This document shows positions 17,873 through 26,106 of a stretch of DNA of 32,000 bases, piece after piece; position 1 is the first letter of the stretch, and every line of letters starts with the position of its first letter. A program made the translations under genes and the position numbers. The DNA comes from an uncultured Bacteriovoracaceae bacterium (GTDB lineage: Bacteria > Bdellovibrionota > Bacteriovoracia > Bacteriovoracales > Bacteriovoracaceae). Under the pieces are notes generated by a model that saw nothing but the letters and a program-made list of their open reading frames with translations, did no database searches and was not told the DNA's origin. The DNA lies in contig CAXGUD010000001.1 in the NCBI GenBank assembly GCA_964012805.1, forward strand, positions 822-32,821, written 5' to 3'.

Positions 17873-20467
17873 TTAGATACTTGGAATAATTAAAGAAAAG
17901 GTTGTCCCCTCTCCTTCCTTCGTATCAATTTCGATTCTGCCGCCTAGACTTTCAATATTTTTAAGGACGACATCCATTCCCACTCCCCTACCGGATATCT
18001 CAGTTACATTACTCGCCGTCGAAAAGCCTGGTTTAAAAATGAGTTCTGTCTTTTCTTTTTCATTTAAAAAGTCTTTCGTGGAATCTATGAGACCTTTTTC
18101 TATGGCCTTATTATAAACATCTTCACCATTGATTCCCCGGCCATCATCTTTCAAAGTTAGAATAATATCAGGTCTTTTACGGGTTAGACTAACTTCTATA
18201 TTTCCACTTTTTTCAATTCCATGAGCTATACTATTATTGATAAGATGGATAACAGATTCCCTTATAATTTTTGCATTTTTTCTGTCAAAAAGGGCCTCTA
18301 CTCCACTTACTTTAAAAGATACATTTTTTTCAAGTTTTCTTGCTTCTCTAAAAACTGTTGGCTTTAACTTCAACAATTCTCCTTTTAATTCACTCATCAT
18401 GAGGTTTGCAAAAATTCTTAAAACGGCTTTTGCAGAAGTCATCTCTTTAGCTGAATGAAGAGCTACTTCAAATTTATTTTTTGGGACCTCGATAAACTCC
18501 TCAGACCCATCACTTTCAGAGGAAAGAAACTCTTCCCCAAAAACTTCTTGCGCGCTCTCTTTATAAAAAGTAAGGAGTTCCGTGAGCATTTCTTTAGTCC
18601 GTTCTATCCCATTTTTTTCATAATCAGTTTCAAATCCATGAACTTTATTACTTAATGACTCCAAATTAAAGAACCTTGAACTTCCTTTAATTGTGTGCAG
18701 ACTTCTTTTGACCCCTTCCTCATCACCCCACTCTTCCAATGTTTCAAAAACCTCTTTAATAAAAACTCTAAATTCACTTTTAGTATTGGAAACAATTTCC
18801 TGGAGGACTTGAATCCTGTATTCAGCTTTTTCCTGAGAAACTCTAACAGCTTCTTTTAACTTTTCCTCCTCAGTTATGTCCTCAATAATAAACATAATTC
18901 TTCTTACGATTTCTTGATCATCAATAATAGGACTTAATTGAATTTTTACAATCTTCTCATCTCCGTTTTCCATTTTTAAATTAGTCATCTTGGGAATAAC
19001 ATCTTGCATACTATCAAATTGGAAAATATCCATGTTGATAGAAATACTAAAGACAAAGGCCATTTTTTCTCTAAATTCTTGATTAAAAAGCTCCGCACAT
19101 ACATTTTTCCCTACAATATCTACACCAAATATTTCCGCAGAGTATTTTGAGACAGGAAAAATTACTTTATAAGATTCATCCACAGAAAAAACAGCTTGGC
19201 GCATATTATTCAATATATCTTTTGTCTCATTCAATGAGGAAAAGAGTTCATTTGTCCTTGCTTTAACTTTATTTTCCAAACCCAAATTTGTTTTTTCAAT
19301 TTTACGATAGAGCAATTTAAGTTTATGGTTAGCATCATTTAACTCTTCCGCCCTAATTGCGATGTCATCCCTTTGTAATTTTATATACTCTGCAAAACCA
19401 AAGGACAGAACAATAAGCTTGAGAGAAGTACCTAATAAAAGAGAGTTATCAATGAAGAGGTAAGGTCCAAGAACTTTAAATTTAAATAATATCTGGACAA
19501 TAACAAACAGAACAAAAATATTAAGCGATATGAAAAAATATTTAGCAGTAACACTACCCTTCCTTAATTCATCGTAGGAAAACCAGAATGAAAAAATTAT
19601 GATGGTTGAAAAATAAAAATAAGAAAAGCCTAGGCCGGCCGTAATGGGAGTAAAGAGGCAAACAAAGGTCAGGACGAGTCCTCCCTTTATAAAATTGTTG
19701 CAAAAGTGCAGTAGTTTTTCTCTATCCAGATTTATATAACTTTTTCCAAAAATCAATAAAGTGACGCCAGTTAGGGCAACTAAGCTATTTTGGCCTTGAC
19801 CAGATAACCAGGAACCTTTAAGAAAAGAAACAAATACCATAAGCGTTAATGATAAAACAAAGGCATAAAGAGAAAAAAGAATATAGTTAATATAATTGGA
19901 GGTTAAATAATTGAAAATATTATAAATTATTAATAAAATAATAACTCCATAAAAAAATGAATATAAAGTTTTTTCTTCAAATTGTTTTTCATAGAAAGAA
20001 TCAATCTTTAAAATAGAGATGGGCAACTTTACTTTTTCTTTAAACCTATTACTTTTAAGAACTTGGATAAGCACTTCACTTGTATTTGATTTAATTTTAA
20101 AACTAGGATGTCTATTTTTTAGCCTGAAAAGCATAGAATTATCAGGAGACCAAACCTCAGTTCCTCCTGAAGCTGACTTATAGTAGAATTTAAAGTTCTG
20201 AAAATAGCTATTGTTTATAGTAATAACCTTTTCGAAAGGCCGCTTGGAAATTTTAACCTTTATGTATAGGTCTTTTTTAAAATCATTTAAGATATAGGAG
20301 TCTTCGATGGATTTAACTTTTTGAATATTATTTGGTTTAATAAGTCCTTTGACACCTTCTTCTAACGAACCCAAATATTGAAAAGCCTCGACTTCATATC
20401 CAGAACCAGAAAAACTATTTCCCATGAATAAAGAAATAAAAAATAGAAATGTTATTACTGTTCTCAA
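17873..20467 (-). CDS. hybrid sensor kinase: 7TMR-DISM-like sensor and TM region, PAS, Hpt, CheA-type HATPase; no CheW domain
   Basis: Seven hydrophobic helices after an extracytoplasmic domain; PAS-like NMRQAVFSVDESYKVIFPVS...ITEEEKLKEA; Hpt motif RSLHTIKGSSRFF; N-box IIRESVIHLINNSIAHGIE, DDGRGI, GRGVGMDVV, GEGTTFSLIIP. Confidence 0.85.
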   Translation of the reverse strand: MRTVITFLFFISLFMGNSFSGSGYEVEAFQYLGSLEEGVKGLIKPNNIQKVKSIEDSYILNDFKKDLYIKVKISKRPFEKVITINNSYFQNFKFYYKSASGGTEVWSPDNSMLFRLKNRHPSFKIKSNTSEVLIQVLKSNRFKEKVKLPISILKIDSFYEKQFEEKTLYSFFYGVIILLIIYNIFNYLTSNYINYILFSLYAFVLSLTLMVFVSFLKGSWLSGQGQNSLVALTGVTLLIFGKSYINLDREKLLHFCNNFIKGGLVLTFVCLFTPITAGLGFSYFYFSTIIIFSFWFSYDELRKGSVTAKYFFISLNIFVLFVIVQILFKFKVLGPYLFIDNSLLLGTSLKLIVLSFGFAEYIKLQRDDIAIRAEELNDANHKLKLLYRKIEKTNLGLENKVKARTNELFSSLNETKDILNNMRQAVFSVDESYKVIFPVSKYSAEIFGVDIVGKNVCAELFNQEFREKMAFVFSISINMDIFQFDSMQDVIPKMTNLKMENGDEKIVKIQLSPIIDDQEIVRRIMFIIEDITEEEKLKEAVRVSQEKAEYRIQVLQEIVSNTKSEFRVFIKEVFETLEEWGDEEGVKRSLHTIKGSSRFFNLESLSNKVHGFETDYEKNGIERTKEMLTELLTFYKESAQEVFGEEFLSSESDGSEEFIEVPKNKFEVALHSAKEMTSAKAVLRIFANLMMSELKGELLKLKPTVFREARKLEKNVSFKVSGVEALFDRKNAKIIRESVIHLINNSIAHGIEKSGNIEVSLTRKRPDIILTLKDDGRGINGEDVYNKAIEKGLIDSTKDFLNEKEKTELIFKPGFSTASNVTEISGRGVGMDVVLKNIESLGGRIEIDTKEGEGTTFSLIIPSI

Positions 20468-20626
20468 TTTTTTTTCAACTTTTTCACTTTTAAATTAGTA
20501 CTTGCTGATAATACTTGTCGGCTAAAATAGAAAGAACCTAAACCATTGAAATAAATAATTAGATGCTCTTAAAACGCCAAAATTTAAACTTAGTGAGAGT
20601 AGAAAAAATCAGCAAAGAAAGGTAGT

Positions 20627-21055
20627 TTAAAGGACCTTATTGAAACCATTAGTGGTTAAAATATCAATCGCAGCATCGACCTCAAATCTATAAAAAACAT
20701 TGAAGTCTTGTGGGAAATAAGATGTAGCATTATCTAAACATGAACTAATTTTTCTTACAGAAATCTTATTAGAAAACTTTGAACAACCTATATAATCCAT
20801 AAATCTGTCCCCGAACTCGACTCTTTTTAAAAGGTAGAGCGCTAGTCCCCTATTTTTGTTATCGATTATCAAGTATTTGGAAATGACGTTCTTTACGATT
20901 AAAATTCTAAAAAGGTCATAAGGACTTTTTTCACTTAAGTTTTCTTTTTCAAAGATATAGGACCTTTTAGGAAAATGAATACCACCAAAGGCCCCATGAG
21001 AAGTAAACAAAATAACTATAAATAATACTTTTAATATTCCATTCATTGTTTTCAC
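20627..21055 (-). CDS. small secreted hypothetical protein
   Basis: GTG start after AGGGAAAAG, alternative ATG at 21046; signal peptide LKVLFIVILFTSHGAFG; two Cys in mature part. Confidence 0.65.
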   Translation of the reverse strand: MKTMNGILKVLFIVILFTSHGAFGGIHFPKRSYIFEKENLSEKSPYDLFRILIVKNVISKYLIIDNKNRGLALYLLKRVEFGDRFMDYIGCSKFSNKISVRKISSCLDNATSYFPQDFNVFYRFEVDAAIDILTTNGFNKVL

Positions 21056-21300
21056 GGCTTTTCCCTACTTCAATAAAACGTGCACTAACTTTAATCTATT
21101 GTAGAAGAATTTTTATTTATAAAGAAACTTTTCCTTCGGGTAGTCCTGTGAGTAGAGGTTGCGTTGAAAAAACAGTGTTTTATTTGGCCAGACTTAAGAG
21201 GGGATACCAGCGGCCTTCATCGGTTAAAATAAAATTTGTTTAAATGTCTTGTTTTCTTGGCATTTTCTTAATTTTTTAAAAGAAATTTTATTTTGGAAAC

Positions 21301-21327
21301 TAGGCCTCTTCCCGGAGGAAGGGCCTA
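21301..21327 (-). terminator. hairpin terminator downstream of lipoprotein gene
   Basis: TAGGCC(T)CTTCC-CGGA-GGAAGGGCCTA stem-loop 12 bp after the stop; only a weak T-rich tract. Confidence 0.5.
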
Positions 21328-21338
21328 AACTTAAGGAA

Positions 21339-22091
21339 TTATTTCATCAATGTTGAAGAAAGAATATCTTTCATATGCTCTGGAGTTGTATCATTAGTTT
21401 CAGCAGCTCTAACTATAAGAGCGTCTAAATCTTTTGAGTCACCTTCCATTGACTTTTTGAAAGCTTTAAGTCCTTCACTCGCATCAAAACCAAGAACTTC
21501 TTTAAAGAAAACTTTTGAGTCTTCTGCCGTCATTTGACGAGACTTAGAAGCTTTTTTCCAACCTTGAGCAAGCTTAGCAACGGCAAAAGCCCTGTCCTCA
21601 CTCAAGCCAAATTCGCTTACTAAATGCTCTTCAACTTTCTTAAGGTTCATTTTTTCAACTTTTTGTCCTAACTTTTCCAAATCTTTTGAAGAAGGTTTTG
21701 TTAGTTCGAAAAGATAACCATAGTCATCCATGTAGACTGTATTTCCATAATCATCAAGTCCCCATGGCTCTACATATCTAGAGTTATAGTAATAATGGTC
21801 ATCTGCAAACGTTGTGTTCTCATTAAAATCCCAAACATTCACAGCACGGTATTGATCATTATCGTAATCATAGACTACTATCCAACCATCATACTGCTCA
21901 GTATTGTACTTTTGGAGATAATACTGATCTGGGTTAGAAACACCAGCATCATAATTTAGAGTATCAACAAACCAATCTGCCTCAGCGTAGCCAATACTTG
22001 CAGGGGGGTTATAACCACCTCCGCCTCCACCAGAGCAAGAAACTAGTACAAGAGAAAGTGCCATAAGAAGAATTGAAATAGATTTTTTCAT
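21339..22091 (-). CDS. lipoprotein with poly-Gly linker after the lipobox
   Basis: MKKSISILLMALSLVLVSCSGGGGGGYNPP; lipobox LVSC. Confidence 0.8.
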   Translation of the reverse strand: MKKSISILLMALSLVLVSCSGGGGGGYNPPASIGYAEADWFVDTLNYDAGVSNPDQYYLQKYNTEQYDGWIVVYDYDNDQYRAVNVWDFNENTTFADDHYYYNSRYVEPWGLDDYGNTVYMDDYGYLFELTKPSSKDLEKLGQKVEKMNLKKVEEHLVSEFGLSEDRAFAVAKLAQGWKKASKSRQMTAEDSKVFFKEVLGFDASEGLKAFKKSMEGDSKDLDALIVRAAETNDTTPEHMKDILSSTLMK

Positions 22092-22335
22092 AAGCTTTAA
22101 GTCCTTTTGTATAAAGATCGTCTTAAGTTATTTACACTTTTATCTCCCTTTAGATACAGATAAGGACCCACTTTTTCAAATAAGTTTAGATAAAACCTCT
22201 TTGAAAGAAGAGTATGTATGATTTTCTGGGAAAATGTCAGAAAAAAAGTCCCAAGTTGATACCAAAATAATGAAATTCTTAGCTAAGTCACGTCTTTTTA
22301 ATGATGAAAAGAGAAGTAGATCGCTATGCGCAATG

Positions 22336-23229
22336 CTAATTTTTTGTATACTCTTCAGGATTTTCCAACACATCTATAAACTTTTGAAGACCAAACTTTG
22401 CCACAAGCCCCCCCTCGATTCTTTCATCAAATGAGATCCTGATGGGTAAAACCCTTTCAATTTCAACCTTCCCCTCTTTCGAAATAACTTCATCTTGAAC
22501 TTTCCCTACCATAGCGAAGATCGGACAATTACCCCACTCATAAAGATGATGGAAACCAGGTCTCATTTTCAAGCTTCCTAAGTTGGTTATAATAAGGGAA
22601 GTAAAAAGACCGTCTTCTTTGTAAAACCAAAAAGGAAGTAAGTTATAGTGATCCAAAAATGCAGCGAGTTTGTATATGGGACCAAAAATAAAGTTGGGTA
22701 AGGAGGAAAATAAAGAATGCTCTTTATCTGAATAAGTCTCTTTATCACTTCTCTCTTCTTTAACTCCACCTTTTATCCGCTCGCATAAATCATCAAAATT
22801 TTTAAACTTAGAAAGATTCAATTTTAGAAAAGAGGTTTTTGATCCCATTTCTTTCAAGTCTTTTTTCACGGTAAAAGAAATATGAACACCATTTCTTAAA
22901 TACAGTCTATTACCAGAGCAAAACCGGTTCATTTCCGGACAATTTTCCAAAGCAACCTTTCCCGCCCAAACCAAAATATTCATAATACTGAACCGGTCGT
23001 TATGCTTTTTAACAAAAGTTTCTAAGTTTTTGGCCCTAATCGATACATCAAAATAAACTGTTGAGGACTGCCTGTCGGGGCAAGCAAAAAGGAGCATAGT
23101 CCTAAAGGGATGGAGGTTTTTAACAAGTTTTCCATCACTTCTTCCACGCTTTAAATTTAAAAGAACCCAAATCAAAACGACAAAAAAAATAAGACCACCT
23201 ATTAATTTAAAATCTAAAACAATAGTCAT
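22336..23229 (-). CDS. membrane-anchored 2-oxoacid dehydrogenase E2 catalytic-domain-like protein, degenerate active site
   Basis: N-terminal TM helix; TSLIITNLGSL and final motif ISFDERIEGGLVAKFL-type (FDERIEGGLVAKFG), corresponding to FDHRxxDGxxAAxFL of E2 acyltransferases. No lipoyl domain. Confidence 0.65.
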   Translation of the reverse strand: MTIVLDFKLIGGLIFFVVLIWVLLNLKRGRSDGKLVKNLHPFRTMLLFACPDRQSSTVYFDVSIRAKNLETFVKKHNDRFSIMNILVWAGKVALENCPEMNRFCSGNRLYLRNGVHISFTVKKDLKEMGSKTSFLKLNLSKFKNFDDLCERIKGGVKEERSDKETYSDKEHSLFSSLPNFIFGPIYKLAAFLDHYNLLPFWFYKEDGLFTSLIITNLGSLKMRPGFHHLYEWGNCPIFAMVGKVQDEVISKEGKVEIERVLPIRISFDERIEGGLVAKFGLQKFIDVLENPEEYTKN

Positions 23230-23388
23230 TTTCTCTTGACCCCTCTTAAATAAAGCTTACTTATATTGTAACAATTTAAGGTTTTTCTGCCTTCCCCTCT
23301 CATATTTTCCTAACTGAACCTTTGTTTCAAAGGAAAACATTTGTATAATAAGTGGGCCCATTACTTATAAATTCGGCTGGGAAACTCT

Positions 23389-24402
23389 ATGAATAAAGAT
23401 ATTTCATCTTCCTGGATTAATTTGGCACATCACCGTCTCGGTACTAAAGTCCTGTACGCTACTGACGACTTTTTTGGAGAAAAAGAAAACCTGATAAAAC
23501 CTGGACGAGGAATCTATGTTCCTGATAAATACACGGACCGAGGAAAATGGATGGATGGATGGGAAAGCAGGAGGAAAAGAGTTGAAGGCCATGATTATTG
23601 TGACATCAAACTTGGGTTACCTGGAATCATCGAAGGCCTAGATATTGACACAAACCATTTTCTCGGCAATCACCCCCCCTTTGCTTCTGTTGAAGCGACC
23701 TATGACAACAATATTGTAGAGAATACTAAATGGACTGAAATACTAACTCAATCTCCTTTAAAAGCAGGCTCTCAAAATATCTTTGAAATCTCCAATGGGC
23801 AAAAATGGAAATACGTAAGGCTCCATATATATCCAGATGGAGGAGTCGCCCGCTTTAGGGTTTACGGAACTCCAGCAATTGACTGGGACCAGAAAAAAAA
23901 CGTGGAGAAAATAGATTTGGCCTCTATTTTAAACGGTGGACGGGTGGTTCTCTGTAATGACATGTTTTTTAGCGATAAAAATAACCTTATTATGCCTGGC
24001 CCTGGTATCAATATGGGGGATGGATGGGAAACGAGGAGGAAAAGGGCCAAAAAATTAGGAGATCCACTCGACCCTGATTGGGCGATCCTTTCCTTGGGTA
24101 AACCAGGTATAATTTCAGAAGCGGAAATTGATACGTCTCATTTTGTAGGTAATTTTCCCGACTGTGCTTCTTTAGAAGGCTTATTTCTTGGGGAATCTGA
24201 CAATAACATAATAAAATCCTTACCTGATCTAACTGATAAAGATTGGAGACCCTTACTTCCAAAGACGAAACTCAACCCAGATTACAAGCATTTATTTGAA
24301 AAGGAAATTCAATCAATTGGGAAGATTTCCCATGTGCGCATTAGGATTTATCCGGATGGTGGTGTCAGTAGACTTCGACTTTGGGGTAAGCCAACGTTTT
24401 AA
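23389..24402 (+). CDS. alc: allantoicase
   Basis: Two allantoicase-type repeats; GKWMDGWESRRKR...HDYCDIKLGLPGIIEGLDIDTNHFLGNHPPFASVEA and MGDGWETRRKR...DWAILSLGKPGIISEAEIDTSHFVGNFPDCASLEG. Confidence 0.93.
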   Translation: MNKDISSSWINLAHHRLGTKVLYATDDFFGEKENLIKPGRGIYVPDKYTDRGKWMDGWESRRKRVEGHDYCDIKLGLPGIIEGLDIDTNHFLGNHPPFASVEATYDNNIVENTKWTEILTQSPLKAGSQNIFEISNGQKWKYVRLHIYPDGGVARFRVYGTPAIDWDQKKNVEKIDLASILNGGRVVLCNDMFFSDKNNLIMPGPGINMGDGWETRRKRAKKLGDPLDPDWAILSLGKPGIISEAEIDTSHFVGNFPDCASLEGLFLGESDNNIIKSLPDLTDKDWRPLLPKTKLNPDYKHLFEKEIQSIGKISHVRIRIYPDGGVSRLRLWGKPTF

Positions 24403-24509
24403 TAATTCCCAAGCCTTAAAAGCGCATTAAATAAATTATCCCACTATAAAAATAAGCTTTTATTCCGATATATCCTTCATAAAAACAGGAACAGATAAGG
24501 TATTCTGAA

Positions 24510-25928
24510 TTGAGAATATTATTTTATTTTTTTCTCTTAATTTTCATTTTGATTCCAAAAACATATGCCATTCAGTCTCATTATGTTTGGGTCAAACATC
24601 CCTCCAAACTTAAGGGTGATTGCTATGAGGTAGACACAGAAACAGGTGGAAAAAAATACTCTAATAAGGTCAATAAAAAAATCTGTAGACCGGCCAACAC
24701 CATTCATTTTTGGATTGGAGAAAAAGAGAAACTGAGAGGTCATTGTTATGAGTCCGACCCAGAAACAAGAGGAGAAAAATATATTAGTAAGGTACAAGCT
24801 CTTAAATGTCTTCCTAAAAGAACTGAAAAGGTATGGCTCGAAACAGAAATAAAAAGGGGCTGCTACCTCGTTGATTCCTTAACTAAAGGTGAACACTTTT
24901 TAATGAAAGTTGGAGTAGATGAATGTCAAAAGAAGCAATCTACTTACTTTCACTTTCAAGCCTTACCAAAGAAAATGAGTGGTATCTGCTTAGAGCTTGA
25001 TAGCAAAACAAACGGAAAGTTTTTTAAAAATAAAGTAAAAACTGAAAATTGCAGACCACCAAATACTAAGATCCTTTGGATTAAGAAAAAGTTAAGGCCA
25101 AATGAAGGACAATGTTACGAAGTAGATCGGGATAAGGGAGCTAATGGTTTTATCTTAAAACTACCAAGAAAATATTGTTTTAAAATGAAGAGCCATTTCG
25201 CATGGGTTTACAAAAAAGAATTTGTTGGAAACTGCTATGAATTTTCTAAAGGACCTTCAAACGAAGATATCAGTCAAAAAGTTGGAAAAGAAAAATGCAA
25301 ACCAGACCAAACTATTTTTTTGTGGGCCGGTGAGGGTTACTTGAAAGGGAAATGTTATGAAGTAGATTCGAATTTAAAAGCAAAAGGATATTCAAAAAGC
25401 GTCAATAAAAAAAAGTGCAGACCTTCTTCTTTTTTAACAAAGTGGATAAAGAAAAGGCCTAAAGAAAAGGGTTCTTGCTACGAATTGGATAATGAAACGA
25501 AAGGCTTTCAATATTCAAGAAAAGTTAATAAAAAAGAGTGCTCATCAGATACGATCTCAACTGTATGGAAACCCAATCGCGATGGCTGGGGAGGTAATTG
25601 TTCTGACTTGGTAAAGATGGAAAATGGCCAAATGATGAAGATATCAACAAAAACGGAAAAGTGTCGCCCTTTGAGGATAAAATATATTTGGAAACCAAAA
25701 AGTAGATTTGAGGGTAAGTGCTATGAAGTTGACTTTGATAAGGGGAATTTTGCCTATTCTAAGACTGTCAAAAAGGAATCGTGCAAGCCAGGTTTTAATG
25801 ATCTAAGAAACGTTTTCGTTCCAAATAGAAAAGGAAGAGGCGGAAACTGTATTCAGATTGATAAACAAACTAACGGTTATCGATATTCAAAAAAAATAAA
25901 TATTGAATTTTGTCGTTTAACTAATTAA
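24510..25928 (+). CDS. secreted protein built from about 11 tandem two-cysteine repeats
   Basis: Repeating unit approx. W-x(5-8)-G-x-CYEVD-x(3)-G-x(2)-YSKKVNKKxCRPxxT, 37-42 aa each; signal-peptide-like N-terminus. Confidence 0.85.
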   Translation: MRILFYFFLLIFILIPKTYAIQSHYVWVKHPSKLKGDCYEVDTETGGKKYSNKVNKKICRPANTIHFWIGEKEKLRGHCYESDPETRGEKYISKVQALKCLPKRTEKVWLETEIKRGCYLVDSLTKGEHFLMKVGVDECQKKQSTYFHFQALPKKMSGICLELDSKTNGKFFKNKVKTENCRPPNTKILWIKKKLRPNEGQCYEVDRDKGANGFILKLPRKYCFKMKSHFAWVYKKEFVGNCYEFSKGPSNEDISQKVGKEKCKPDQTIFLWAGEGYLKGKCYEVDSNLKAKGYSKSVNKKKCRPSSFLTKWIKKRPKEKGSCYELDNETKGFQYSRKVNKKECSSDTISTVWKPNRDGWGGNCSDLVKMENGQMMKISTKTEKCRPLRIKYIWKPKSRFEGKCYEVDFDKGNFAYSKTVKKESCKPGFNDLRNVFVPNRKGRGGNCIQIDKQTNGYRYSKKINIEFCRLTN

Positions 25929-26106
25929 AGGTGGTTACCTTTAATAACTAAAAACTCTCTTTAAAAAGACAAACCCTTTTTCTTTGTTTTTTACTACTAA
26001 ACATTTTTATTCCCAAATTCTTTTATTATTTTCTTAGTTGATTAAAATAAGACTTAGGTCTTTAATTATATAATTTAATATCTTTTCCAGACTAAAAAGG
26101 TTCAAA

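Noticed and set aside
20468-20626. Possible RNA gene in the short AT-rich intergenic region
   Set aside because: No convincing stem-loop set or conserved motif readable by eye.
22176-22434. ORFs 22176-22373 (-) and 22234-22434 (+)
   Set aside because: Overlap the 3' end of the E2-like gene in other frames; no coding signals.
24510-25928. Tandem DNA repeat array or CRISPR-like structure
   Set aside because: Repeats are protein-level and strongly diverged at DNA level; they are a coding repeat, not a DNA repeat array.
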